From an uncultured Gemmatimonadales bacterium (GTDB lineage: Bacteria; Gemmatimonadota; Gemmatimonadetes; Longimicrobiales; RSA9), in the NCBI GenBank assembly GCA_963816355.1, contig CAWFKH010000003.1, positions 544,001-608,000 on the forward strand: a DNA stretch of 64,000 bases, given 5' to 3'. This document shows, piece after piece, positions 18,864 through 28,251 of the stretch. Both the position numbers and the translations under genes were made by a program. Below the pieces are notes generated by a model that worked only from the letters and a program-made list of their open reading frames with translations, did not search any database and was not told where the DNA came from. Numbering within the stretch: position 1 is the stretch's first letter; the number at the start of each line of letters is the position of its first letter.

Positions 18864-20318
18864 GTGAGGGCGGAAGGGCATGGCTACGCGCCGGTCATCG
18901 GGCTGGAAGTGCACGTGCAGCTCGCGACGCGCACCAAGCTCTTCTGCGGCGACCTCGCGGCGTTCGGCGCGGCGCCGAACGCGCACGTGTGCCCGGTGTG
19001 CCTCGGGCTACCCGGCGCGCTGCCGGTGCTGAACGCGCGCGCAGTGGAGTTGGGCGTGCGGGCCGCGCTGGGTCTCGGCTGCGCCGTGCAGCGGAGGAGC
19101 GCGTTCGTGCGCAAGAACTACTTCTACCCGGACCTGCCGAAGGGCTACCAGATCACGCAGCTCGAGCGGCCGCTCGCCCGGGGCGGCGCCCTCGACGTCG
19201 AGGCGGACGCCGCCCGCGGAGCGCGCCGCGCGATCCGTCTCCAGCGCCTCCATCTGGAGGAGGACGCCGGCCGCTTGCTGCACGACCGCATCCCGGGCCG
19301 CACGGCGGTCGACCTGAATCGGGCCGGCGTCCCGCTGATCGAGATCGTGACGGAGCCGGAGCTGCGCTCTCCGGCCGAGGCGCGGAGCTTCCTCGTGCGG
19401 CTGAAGCAGACGCTCCAGTACCTGGAGGTGAGCGACTGCGACATGGAGAAAGGAAGCCTGCGCGTGGACGCGAACGTCTCGCTGCGGCGCAGCGGTGACG
19501 GCGCGGCGGGCGCGCGGACGGAGCTCAAGAACCTGAACTCGTTCTCCCAGGTCGAGCGCGCGCTCGGCTTCGAATTGGAGCGGCAGGCGGCGCGGCTCGC
19601 GGCGGCGCAGCCGATCGTCGCGGAGACGCTGCTGTGGGACGCGGACCGCGGTGTGGCCCGCGCCATGCGCTCGAAGGAGGAGAGCCAGGACTATCGCTAC
19701 CTTCCGGAGCCGGACCTGGCGCCGCTCACGCTGGACGATGCCTGGATCGAGCGGATCCGCGCCGGGCTGCCCGAGGCACCAGCGGCGAAGGTCGACCGCT
19801 TCGTCACCGAGTACCGGCTGCCGCGCTACGACGCCGAGGTGCTCGCCGCCTCGCGCGCCGTCGCCGATTACTTCGAGGCGGCGCTTGCGGCCGGGGCGGA
19901 GCCGAGGATGGCGAGCAACTGGGTGGCGAACGAGGTGCTGGCCTGGGCGAAGCGCGCCTCCGGGCCCGGCTTCGCGCCGCCGTTCGGCGCGCCGCGTCTC
20001 GCCGGGCTGCTCGGCCTCGTCGCGGCGGGCACGATCTCGGCCAGCGCGGCGAAGCGCGTCTTCGCGCGCATGGCGGAGGACGGGCGGAGCGCGGCGGAGG
20101 TGGTCGCCGCCGAAGACATCGCGCGCGTGGCCGATGCGGAGCGCATCGAGGGGTGGGTCCGCGCGGTCGTCGCCGAGTACCCGGAGGAAGCGGAGCGGTA
20201 CCGGAACGGCGAGGACAGGCTGATCGATTTCTTCATGGGCCGTCTGATGGCCGTCTCCGGCGGACGGGCGGACCCGAACCTTGCGGCGGCTGCGCTGCGA
20301 CGCCGGCTGGAGGAGTGA
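18864..20318 (+). CDS. gatB: Asp/Glu-tRNA amidotransferase subunit B
   Basis: IGLEVHVQL, RKNYFYPDLPKGYQ, DYRYLPEPDL. Confidence 0.96.
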   Translation: MRAEGHGYAPVIGLEVHVQLATRTKLFCGDLAAFGAAPNAHVCPVCLGLPGALPVLNARAVELGVRAALGLGCAVQRRSAFVRKNYFYPDLPKGYQITQLERPLARGGALDVEADAARGARRAIRLQRLHLEEDAGRLLHDRIPGRTAVDLNRAGVPLIEIVTEPELRSPAEARSFLVRLKQTLQYLEVSDCDMEKGSLRVDANVSLRRSGDGAAGARTELKNLNSFSQVERALGFELERQAARLAAAQPIVAETLLWDADRGVARAMRSKEESQDYRYLPEPDLAPLTLDDAWIERIRAGLPEAPAAKVDRFVTEYRLPRYDAEVLAASRAVADYFEAALAAGAEPRMASNWVANEVLAWAKRASGPGFAPPFGAPRLAGLLGLVAAGTISASAAKRVFARMAEDGRSAAEVVAAEDIARVADAERIEGWVRAVVAEYPEEAERYRNGEDRLIDFFMGRLMAVSGGRADPNLAAAALRRRLEE

Positions 20319-20328
20319 GGAACGGACG

Positions 20329-20622
20329 GTGGGGATCCTCGTCGTGTTCGTGCTGTCGACGATCGGCGCCAAGCTGATCCTCGGCCTCGCGGCGATCTAT
20401 TACCTGATGCCGTCGGACGGGCGCTGCTCGGCGTGCGACGGCGACACGCTGCCGCTCGTCGGCTCGCTGCCGGGCGACCTGCTCGGCCGCGTGCTGCGGG
20501 TGCAGAAGCGCTGGTGCGTGCGCTGCGGCCGCACCCACTTCGCCCGCCGCTCGCGGGAGCGCCGCATCTTCGTGGGCCGCTCCGAGAAGCGAACCCCCGC
20601 CGTGAAGGAGGGCGCGCCCTGA
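20329..20622 (+). CDS. Small membrane-anchored zinc-ribbon-like protein
   Basis: GTG start; hydrophobic N-terminus then CSAC...CVRC. Confidence 0.65.
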   Translation: MGILVVFVLSTIGAKLILGLAAIYYLMPSDGRCSACDGDTLPLVGSLPGDLLGRVLRVQKRWCVRCGRTHFARRSRERRIFVGRSEKRTPAVKEGAP

Positions 20623-20667
20623 CACGCGCCACCGCCGCTCCGCGGGGCCGAGGCGTCGGAGGGCGCC

Positions 20668-21615
20668 TCAGCGCCGCTCGGCGGGCGTGAGGACGCGGCC
20701 GCCGGTGCGGGAGCCGTCCCAGAACGCGAAGCCGTCGTCGGGCAGCTCGAAGAAGTCGTCGGCGAGCGCGAGCAGATGGCCGGCGTCGCGGCCGGCCCCC
20801 TCGCGCAGCGCGAGTCGCCGCACCTTCTTGGCGAGCCGCAGGTTGAACTCGCCGACGGGGTCTCGCGTCGCCGCGAAGGAGGCGCCCCGCCGCTGCAGGT
20901 AGTCGACCACGGATTCGAAGGCGCGCGAGACGTACGCCTCGATCGCGGCGTCGTCGAGGTCCCAGCGTGATTTCTGGAGCAGACGATCGAAGACGCCCTG
21001 CCAGCGCTCGTTGTCCTGCGCGCGGATCATGCCGCGGAAGATCCGGCGATTGGTCCGGAAGGAGAAGATGGTGGCGCTGAGCACGCGGTCGAACAGCGCG
21101 TCGGCCGCGCCGTGGTCCACGTCCATCACCACCTGCCGGGCGCGGGCGCTGTAGCGCTCGCCCAGGTTCACGTCCAGCCGGTACTCCCAGTAGGAGTGGC
21201 CGAGCGCCTTCGTCGAGCTGGTGAGCACGAGCTGGCGCGGGACGAAGTAGTTGTGCGCGATCGTGTCCGCGGCGAGGTGGCTCAGATAGCCGAGGCCGAC
21301 GGCGCGCAAGCGGTCCGTCTCCGCCGCCTCCAGAATCTCCTCGCCCACGTGCCAGAAGTGGCAGTGGCGTCCCGCCGGCACGTACTTCTTCCCCAGCGAG
21401 ATGTCCGCGGCGACGGAGCCGTAGAGGAACCCCTCCGGGAAGCGCCGCAGCACGTCCGCGATCACCGGCGGCAGCAGATAGAGCGCGTCCAGCAGCCGTT
21501 CGCCCAGGAAGATGTGCGTGGCCGGGCCGAACGCCCAGGCGTGCTCCGGCAGGATCGCCAGCGCCACCAGCGCGCCGGCGAAGACGAAGGCGACGCGGCG
21601 GAGGCGTGCCGTCAG
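20668..21615 (-). CDS. Zinc-dependent phospholipase C family protein
   Basis: AFGPATH, GSVAADIS, HCHFW, GYLSHLAADTIAHNYFVP, GHSYWE; start CTG 21615 (or GTG 21567). Confidence 0.82.
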   Translation of the reverse strand: MTARLRRVAFVFAGALVALAILPEHAWAFGPATHIFLGERLLDALYLLPPVIADVLRRFPEGFLYGSVAADISLGKKYVPAGRHCHFWHVGEEILEAAETDRLRAVGLGYLSHLAADTIAHNYFVPRQLVLTSSTKALGHSYWEYRLDVNLGERYSARARQVVMDVDHGAADALFDRVLSATIFSFRTNRRIFRGMIRAQDNERWQGVFDRLLQKSRWDLDDAAIEAYVSRAFESVVDYLQRRGASFAATRDPVGEFNLRLAKKVRRLALREGAGRDAGHLLALADDFFELPDDGFAFWDGSRTGGRVLTPAERR

Positions 21616-21983
21616 AGACCGACCTTCTCCGCGCCCCGGCGCACGCCGTCGCGCGCCTCCCGGAGCTGACGCTCGATCATGACGGACACCTCCTCACGCG
21701 CCGCCTCTCCCAGTCGCTTCAGCTCCTTCGCGTAGCCGTCGATCAGCGCTCGCCCGGATTCCGCCAGCTCCTCGCCGAGCTCGCGCGCCGCCTCCGTCCC
21801 GTCCACCATCGCGGCGCGGGTGCGGCGCGCGCCGCCGCGGACCTGCTTGCCGTACGGCTCCAGCCGCCGGCGGATCCGTTGAACGCGGCCGCGCTTCGGT
21901 CGCAGCAGGAGCGCCGCCCCGACGCCGACCAGCGCGCCGATGCCGAGCGCGACGAGATAGTCGTTCCGGTCCCAATCCCTCAT
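21612..21983 (-). CDS. YtxH-like protein
   Basis: LGIGALVGVGAALLLRP followed by a charged helical region. Confidence 0.75.
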   Translation of the reverse strand: MRDWDRNDYLVALGIGALVGVGAALLLRPKRGRVQRIRRRLEPYGKQVRGGARRTRAAMVDGTEAARELGEELAESGRALIDGYAKELKRLGEAAREEVSVMIERQLREARDGVRRGAEKVGL

Positions 21984-22101
21984 GAGAGCCTCCTCGCCGT
22001 TTCGAGATGCGCCGCGGCGTCGAGCCGCCGCGGGACGCCCGCCTGCGAAACAGCGGGCTCATCTCCAATCTGCAACATCCGGCCCGCCGCGGCAGCACGC
22101 G

Positions 22102-22758
22102 TCACCACAGAAGGTCGACGCCGATCGTGCGCAGGCCGAGCTTCGGCACGATTCCCGCCCGCCGCCGCGCGGAGCGGCCGCGCGCGAAGCGGCGCAGGAC
22201 GTCGCGGCGGACCGCTTCGGGAAGGCGGGCGAGGGCGTCGTCGGCGGCCACGCGCCGGTCGATCCACGCCATGAGCGCGGCGTCGAGGACGTCGAGGCCG
22301 CCCGCGTCGCCGGCGAGGGCGAGGACGTCGGCCCGCGCGCTCCACGCGCCGCACAGCTCGCGCACCTGCGACGCCCACAGGTCGCCCAGCGGCAGCAGCG
22401 GCTCCGGCGGAACGCCCTCCAGTAGGAGGGACGTCTTGTCGGCCGGGTGCGCGACGAGCGCGTCGCCACCCGCGCCCGACGCCGCGCCGAGCCGCGCACG
22501 CAGGCGCGCGACCTCCAGCGCCGCGCGCTCACCAACCGTGCTTCCGAGGGCGTGCAGGAGCGGATCGCCGGCGGCGGGGAAGGGAACCGGTTCGACGGCG
22601 TCTCCGAGGGCGGCGCGGCACCAGCCCACCGCCAGCGCCGCTTGTGGGGAGCCGTCGTCGAGGACGAGAAGCCGGCGCGCGCCCGCGTCGCGGAGCGCCT
22701 GCGCGACGACATCCCCGACGATCGCGGCGATGCGCGACTCCCTGGCCCGCGCGCTCAC
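22102..22758 (-). CDS. Degenerate NAD synthetase (NadE)-like protein
   Basis: ARLR, ADKTSLLL, PLGDLWASQVREL and PKLGLRTIGVD resemble NadE motifs; no SGGxDS loop; GTG overlaps the nitrilase stop. Confidence 0.65.
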   Translation of the reverse strand: MSARARESRIAAIVGDVVAQALRDAGARRLLVLDDGSPQAALAVGWCRAALGDAVEPVPFPAAGDPLLHALGSTVGERAALEVARLRARLGAASGAGGDALVAHPADKTSLLLEGVPPEPLLPLGDLWASQVRELCGAWSARADVLALAGDAGGLDVLDAALMAWIDRRVAADDALARLPEAVRRDVLRRFARGRSARRRAGIVPKLGLRTIGVDLLW

Positions 22759-23615
22759 TCCTCGCGCTCGCGCAGGAGGCGGTCCAGCTCGGCGCGCACG
22801 AGCCGCAGGTCCTCGTCGCGCGCGTGGGAGAACGGGCGGCGCGCCCGCCGCACCTCGCCGAGCGAGATCTCCGCCCCGATGCGGCTTTCGGCGTCGTCCG
22901 GCGCGCGCGCCACGACGGCGCCGTCGGGCGCCACGAGCAGCGATCCGCCCGCGAACGTCACCGCCCCCTCGGCGCCGACGCGGTTGGCGAGGGCGACGTA
23001 GACGCCGTACAGCCGCGCGGTGGTCGTGGCGATCCCCTCCCACGCGGCGGCCGACGCGAAGCGCGCGCCTCCGGTCCCACCTTCCCACGCGCCGCGCCCG
23101 GGCGCGGCCGCGAGGACGACGAGGAGGTCGGCACCGCCGGCGGCGGCGAGATAGGCGAGGGCGGGGTGCCAGAAGTCCTCGCAAACGAGGAGCGCGATCC
23201 TCCAGCCGCGCGCGGTGAAGACGCGCACGCCCTGGCCGCGGGCGAAGAAGCGCATCTCGTCAAACATGCCGTACGTGGGCGGATACACCTTGCGGTGGAC
23301 GTGCACCACGCGGCCGCCGGCCAGGTACGCGGCGGCGTTGTAGACGAGGCCGTCCGGCGTCGCCTCCGGCAGCCCGAGGACGACGTCGGCCCCGGCGGCG
23401 AGCGCGGCGAGCGCCGGCGGTGCCGCACCCGGAGGGAGCGCGAGGGCGAGCGCGGCGGCGTCGTCGCCCAGGTCGTAGCCGGTCAGCGCGAGCTCCGGCG
23501 TCACGAGCAGGCCGTCCTCCTCGGCGGCGGCGGCGATCGCGTCGAGGTTGGCGCGCGCGTCGCGGAGGCGGGGGCGCGACTGCAGCACGGCCAGCCGCAG
23601 GCGGGTCTCGCTCAT
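22755..23615 (-). CDS. Nitrilase-family C-N hydrolase (NAD synthetase glutaminase-like)
   Basis: PELALTGY, HRKVYPPTYGMFDEMRFF, LVCEDFWH (E-K-C triad). Confidence 0.9.
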   Translation of the reverse strand: MSETRLRLAVLQSRPRLRDARANLDAIAAAAEEDGLLVTPELALTGYDLGDDAAALALALPPGAAPPALAALAAGADVVLGLPEATPDGLVYNAAAYLAGGRVVHVHRKVYPPTYGMFDEMRFFARGQGVRVFTARGWRIALLVCEDFWHPALAYLAAAGGADLLVVLAAAPGRGAWEGGTGGARFASAAAWEGIATTTARLYGVYVALANRVGAEGAVTFAGGSLLVAPDGAVVARAPDDAESRIGAEISLGEVRRARRPFSHARDEDLRLVRAELDRLLREREE

Positions 23616-25039
23616 GGCTGCTCCTTCCGGTCCCCGGCACGGCGCTCGCCGTCGTCTTCCTCGCCGGGCGGGGGCGCTTCCGCGCCGCCGGCCCGCGCCG
23701 CTCGCTCCCGCGCCGCGTCGCGCACCCGGCGCGCGCGGCGGCCCACGACGCCGTGCGGCTTGCCGAGCGCTTCGGCGGGCGTGGGCGCGCGGCCCTCCGC
23801 GAGCGCCGCCTCGACGCGCGGCTCGATCTCGCCCGCGCGCCGCAGCAGGTTCCGCGTCAGGAACGGTCCCGCGAGCTCGCTCGCGACCACCGCGAGGACG
23901 ACCGTGCTGAAGAGCGTGCGCATCGCTTCGGCCTCGGGACCGAGCGCGCTGCCGTAGGTGAGGGTGGCGCTGATCACCATGGCGAGGCTGATGCCGCCCT
24001 GGGGGATGAGTCCGAGGCCGAGCCGCTTCGGCACGTCGAACGGCAGCCGCCGCACGGCGGGCGCGATCCAGCCGCCCGCCAGCTTCGCGGCGCCGCGCGT
24101 CATCGCGTAGCCGATGCAGAGCGGGACGACGAGCCACGTGGAAAACTCCATCAGCGCTCCCGCGAGCACGAGGAGCACCACGTAGACCGGCTTCTCCCAC
24201 GCCTCGAGCAGGGTGTACACCCGGCGGCGGAGCGTCGAGAAGTTCGCGATCACGGCGCCGGTGGTGGCGCACACGAAGAGCGGCGAGACGCCGACGTACA
24301 GCGCGGCGCCCGCCGCGAACACGACGAGGCCGAGCAGGAAGAGGACGAGCTCCTCGCGCTCCGAGACCGGCCGCGTCAGCCAGAGGAACACGACGCCGAA
24401 CGCGACGCCGAGGGCAAGCGCCGCCGCGAGCCAGCGCGCGGCCAGCCACGCACCGTGCATCGCGAGCGGCCCCGCCGGATGGAAGAGCGCGTACGTCGCC
24501 TGGAGCGCGACGATGCCGACCAGCGCGTCGAGACTCGCGATGAAGAGCAGCAGCTCGCTCACCTTGCCTCGCACGAGGAAGTTGTGGCGGATGAGCGCGA
24601 TGCCGGACGGCGTGGAGACGCAGGCCGTCGCGGCGGCAATGAGGAGGCCGATGCGCGTCTGCGCGCTCCAGTTACCGGCGGCGCGGAAGAGGAGCGAGCC
24701 GGCGCCGAGGAAGAGCGCGAGGGCCACGACCGCCTGCAGCAGCGTGGCGGCGAGGTAGGCGGGCGGGAAGCGGCGCAGGTGGCGGCGATCGAGCTGGAGC
24801 CCGAACAGCAGCCCGATCCAGCCCAGGCCCAGCGCGAGGAACGGGTAGAGCCGCTCGATCAGGTCCCGCGTGAGCAGCCCGAGCACGGTCGAGCCGAGGA
24901 GGAACCCGACGAAGACGAAGTGGGTCCCGGTCGCGAGGATCAGCCCCGGACCCAGCGCGCGCCGGCGGTCGGTGAAGGAGATGCGCGCGCCGAGCAGGCC
25001 CAGCAGCAGCAGGAAGAGGACGCCGAGAAGCGGGTTCAC
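23612..25039 (-). CDS. Cation:proton antiporter family membrane protein
   Basis: Many hydrophobic segments; GWIGLLFGLQLD, IASLDAL, RGAAKLAGG, GLGLIPQGGISLAM. Confidence 0.78.
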   Translation of the reverse strand: MNPLLGVLFLLLLGLLGARISFTDRRRALGPGLILATGTHFVFVGFLLGSTVLGLLTRDLIERLYPFLALGLGWIGLLFGLQLDRRHLRRFPPAYLAATLLQAVVALALFLGAGSLLFRAAGNWSAQTRIGLLIAAATACVSTPSGIALIRHNFLVRGKVSELLLFIASLDALVGIVALQATYALFHPAGPLAMHGAWLAARWLAAALALGVAFGVVFLWLTRPVSEREELVLFLLGLVVFAAGAALYVGVSPLFVCATTGAVIANFSTLRRRVYTLLEAWEKPVYVVLLVLAGALMEFSTWLVVPLCIGYAMTRGAAKLAGGWIAPAVRRLPFDVPKRLGLGLIPQGGISLAMVISATLTYGSALGPEAEAMRTLFSTVVLAVVASELAGPFLTRNLLRRAGEIEPRVEAALAEGRAPTPAEALGKPHGVVGRRARRVRDAARERAARAGGAEAPPPGEEDDGERRAGDRKEQP

Positions 25040-25056
25040 GCCCGGCTCCGGCGCCG

Positions 25057-25410
25057 TCAGCCTTCTTCGGCGCCCAGCTCCGGCGCGAGACCCGCGACGC
25101 GGCCGACCGGCACCGTGAAGACGATCCCGGTCGCCGGACTGCTCAGGTCGCCGCAGATCTCCTGCAGCAGCGCGATCGCGCCGTCGACCTTCGCGGGATC
25201 GTCGATCACGCTGAAGATCGTCTGGTTCTGCGGTCGCGAGCGCGTGATCAGGGTCTGCAGCCCCGCGAAGATCGGGATGTCGTGTGAGAGCACGCGGCCC
25301 ATCCCCTCGCTGTTGATGATCGTGGCGCCGGTGATGCCGAGCTCGAGGAAGCCGGAGAGGATCTCGTCCAGCTTCTCCTCCTGATTGATCACCGCCACGA
25401 GGAGCTGCAT
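25057..25410 (-). CDS. PII-like signalling protein
   Basis: GITGATIINSEGMGR, TIFSVI, TGIVFTVPV; SD GGAGG before ATG 25410. Confidence 0.82.
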   Translation of the reverse strand: MQLLVAVINQEEKLDEILSGFLELGITGATIINSEGMGRVLSHDIPIFAGLQTLITRSRPQNQTIFSVIDDPAKVDGAIALLQEICGDLSSPATGIVFTVPVGRVAGLAPELGAEEG

Positions 25411-25595
25411 GCCGGCCTCCTCACGCCCGCTCGCACGCCGGCCGCGCCGCCGGCAGAGCCGTGGATCCGCGGCCGCCGGCCGGCCGTGCTGGGCACGCAA
25501 GCGGTCGTGTGTGCATCCGCGACGGGTCCGGAGGTGAGAGGAGCAGAGAGGAGCGCCCCAAAAAAACGGGCCGGTACAGGTCTACCGGCCGTTTC

Positions 25596-25625
25596 ATGTT
25601 AGACTTGCGACGACGGCGGTGTCAA
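25596..25625 (-). promoter_or_regulatory. Sigma70-type promoter of the PII-like operon
   Basis: Minus strand TTGACA-18nt-TAACAT. Confidence 0.6.
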
Positions 25626-25657
25626 GAACACACGCGCCCTTCGCGGTGTCCCTCGCG

Positions 25658-25687
25658 TTGACGGGTCGGGCCGCCGACCGGTACGAT
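25658..25687 (+). promoter_or_regulatory. Sigma70-type promoter of the murA operon
   Basis: TTGACG-18nt-TACGAT. Confidence 0.6.
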
Positions 25688-25760
25688 TCTTCCCATCGAC
25701 GTGGCCCGTCCGGCGGCCGCTACCGGCCGCACGAATCGCGTCGCTCAGCCGAGGGGGACG

Positions 25761-27050
25761 ATGCCGAAGTTCGTGGTCGAGGGGGGACATCCGCTGCGCG
25801 GAACGATCCGGCCCAGCGGCAACAAGAACGCCGCGTTGCCGATCCTGGCGGCGACCATCCTGACGGACGAGCCGGTCGTGCTCCACAACGTCCCCGACAT
25901 CCGCGACGTGCGCACGCTCGTCGAGCTGCTGCAGCGGCTCGGCGTGGGCGCGGAGTGGCTCGGCCCCAACTCCGTCCGCCTGCACGCCGCCGAAGTCGGA
26001 ATCTCCGAGCTGGACCCGGGCCTCGCCGCCCGCATCCGCGCCTCCATCCTGCTGCTCGGACCGATGCTCGGCCGCGTCGGCCGCATGAAGCTGCCGCCGC
26101 CCGGCGGCGACGTCATCGGCCGCCGTCGTCTCGACACCCATTTCCTGGCGCTCACGCGCCTCGGCGCGCGCATCGAGACCACCGGCCGCTACGAGCTGGA
26201 GACGAGCGGCCTCACCGGCGCCGACATCTTTCTCGACGAGCCGAGCGTGACGGCGACCGAGAACGCCGTGATGGCGGCCGTCCGCGCGCGCGGCCACACG
26301 CTGCTGCGCAACGCCGCCGCGGAGCCGCACGTGCAGGACCTGTGCGAGCTGCTGGTCAAGATGGGCGCGCACATCTCCGGGATCGGCACGCACCGCCTCG
26401 AGATCGAAGGCGTCGACCGCCTCCACGGCGTCGAGCACCGCATCGCGAGCGACCACATCGAGGTCGGCAGCTTCATCGGCCTCGCAGCCGTCACCCGCGG
26501 CGAGGTCCGGATCGAGGACGCCGCCGTGCGCCACCTCGACTCCACGCTCCTCGCCTACGAGCGCCTCGGCATCCACTGCGAGGTCCAGGGCGACGACCTG
26601 CTCGTGCCCGCGGCCCAGGAGCGCCAGGTCCGCATGGACCTCGGCGGCCACATCCCGAAGATCGACGACGGCCCCTGGCCCGCCTTCCCCGCGGACCTCA
26701 CCTCGATCGCGCTCGTCACCGCGACCCAGTGCCGCGGCACGATCCTCATTCACGAGAAGATGTTCGAGTCGCGCATGTTCTTCGCCGACAAGATGATCGG
26801 CATGGGCGCCCGCATCGTCATCTGCGATCCGCACCGCGCCGTCGTCGTGGGACCGTCGCGGCTGCACGCCGGCGTGGTCGAGAGCCCCGACATCCGCGCC
26901 GGCATGGCGCTCCTCATCGCCGCCCTCGGCGCCGAAGGCGAGAGCCACATCTACAACGTGCGCCAGATCGAACGCGGCTACGAACGCATCGACGACCGCC
27001 TGCGCGGCCTCGGCGCGCGCATCGAGCGGGAGGACTCCAGACAGGACTGA
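25761..27050 (+). CDS. murA: UDP-N-acetylglucosamine 1-carboxyvinyltransferase (Asp-type)
   Basis: [44 protein letters not shown]. Confidence 0.96.
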   Translation: MPKFVVEGGHPLRGTIRPSGNKNAALPILAATILTDEPVVLHNVPDIRDVRTLVELLQRLGVGAEWLGPNSVRLHAAEVGISELDPGLAARIRASILLLGPMLGRVGRMKLPPPGGDVIGRRRLDTHFLALTRLGARIETTGRYELETSGLTGADIFLDEPSVTATENAVMAAVRARGHTLLRNAAAEPHVQDLCELLVKMGAHISGIGTHRLEIEGVDRLHGVEHRIASDHIEVGSFIGLAAVTRGEVRIEDAAVRHLDSTLLAYERLGIHCEVQGDDLLVPAAQERQVRMDLGGHIPKIDDGPWPAFPADLTSIALVTATQCRGTILIHEKMFESRMFFADKMIGMGARIVICDPHRAVVVGPSRLHAGVVESPDIRAGMALLIAALGAEGESHIYNVRQIERGYERIDDRLRGLGARIEREDSRQD

Positions 27051-27064
27051 CCCGGGAGGATCCG

Positions 27065-27397
27065 ATGGACGACAAGGAACGGCAGACCGGCGGACGGACG
27101 CGCGAGGGGTTCAGCGCATGGGTGGGCGTATTCGACGCGTTCCGCGACGCCCTCGAGGAGACGATCGACGAAATGCGCGACCGCAGCGAGATCGGCCCCG
27201 ACCGCGCCAAGGAGACCGTGCGCCGCACCATGCGCCGCGCGCAGGACGCCTTCGACGACGCGCGCGAGCGGCTCGATTTCGTGCCGCGGCGCGAGTTCGA
27301 GGTGCTGCGCGAGGAGCTCGAAGCGCTCCGCCGGCGCGTCGACGAGCTGGAACGGCCAGGCGGCGGCGACACCGGCGTTCCCGTCGACCGCGGCTGA
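27065..27397 (+). CDS. Small coiled-coil protein (UbiK/BMFP- or phasin-like)
   Basis: SD GGAGGA; LDFVPRREFEVLREELEALRRRVDELE. Confidence 0.7.
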   Translation: MDDKERQTGGRTREGFSAWVGVFDAFRDALEETIDEMRDRSEIGPDRAKETVRRTMRRAQDAFDDARERLDFVPRREFEVLREELEALRRRVDELERPGGGDTGVPVDRG

Positions 27398-28251
27398 TGA
27401 CGCCACCGGCGGATGCCAGGGCGGCCGACGCCGCCGGCGGTCCTCGTGCGTGGGCCGGCGGCGCCGGCGGCTCCGGCGCCGGGCCGGACCACCCTCCGGA
27501 CCCCGTGGTGCGCGAGAGCGCCGTCGCCTCGGATCCGCCGCTGTACGCTCATCCGGAGTGGGCCGATCGGTTCCCGTGGGCCTTCGCCGCGACGACCGGC
27601 CGCGGAAACGCCGCTGAGCCGTTCGACCTCGGCCTTTTCGGCGCGACGCCGGTGGGCACCTCGATGCGGCGGTGGCGCGCGGTGGCGCGCGCCGCCGGCT
27701 GCGCGCGTACGGCCCACGCGCGCCAGGTGCACGGCGCGCGCCTGCTGCGACACGCGGAAGGGGCGCCCGGCTTCCTCGTCTCCGACGGCTATGACGGCCA
27801 TCTCACCCGCGAGCCGGGCGTCCTTCTCGCCGTCTCGATCGCCGACTGCGTGCCGGTCTTCCTCCTCTCGCGCCGCGGTCGGGCGGTCGCGCTCCTGCAC
27901 GCCGGCTGGCGCGGCGTGGCCGCCGGCGTGCTGGAGCGGGGCGTCGCGGCACTCTGCGAGATGGCCGGGGCCGAGCCGGCGGAGCTGAGCGTCCACCTCG
28001 GTCCCGCCATCTGCGGCGCGTGCTACGAGGTCGGTCCAGAGGTCCACGAAGCGCTCGGCCTGCGGCCGCCGGATCGCAACACGCCGATCGACCTGCGGGC
28101 CGTCCTCGCCGGGCGCGCCCTCTCGCTGGGCGTGCCGCGGGCGGAGGTCACGCGCTCGAGCTGGTGCACCCGCTGCGGCGATTCCCCCTTCTTCTCGCAT
28201 CGCGGCGGCGACGCGGAGCGGCAGATGGCGCTGCTCGCGATCCGGCCGTGA
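27397..28251 (+). CDS. pgeF: Peptidoglycan editing factor / YfiH family
   Basis: QVHG, ADCVPV, HAGWRG, GPAICGACYEVG, FFSHR. Confidence 0.92.
   Translation: MTPPADARAADAAGGPRAWAGGAGGSGAGPDHPPDPVVRESAVASDPPLYAHPEWADRFPWAFAATTGRGNAAEPFDLGLFGATPVGTSMRRWRAVARAAGCARTAHARQVHGARLLRHAEGAPGFLVSDGYDGHLTREPGVLLAVSIADCVPVFLLSRRGRAVALLHAGWRGVAAGVLERGVAALCEMAGAEPAELSVHLGPAICGACYEVGPEVHEALGLRPPDRNTPIDLRAVLAGRALSLGVPRAEVTRSSWCTRCGDSPFFSHRGGDAERQMALLAIRP

Noticed and set aside
25421..25516. 31-aa upstream ORF (minus strand) ending at the PII SD
   Set aside because: No SD, unremarkable composition; cannot be supported
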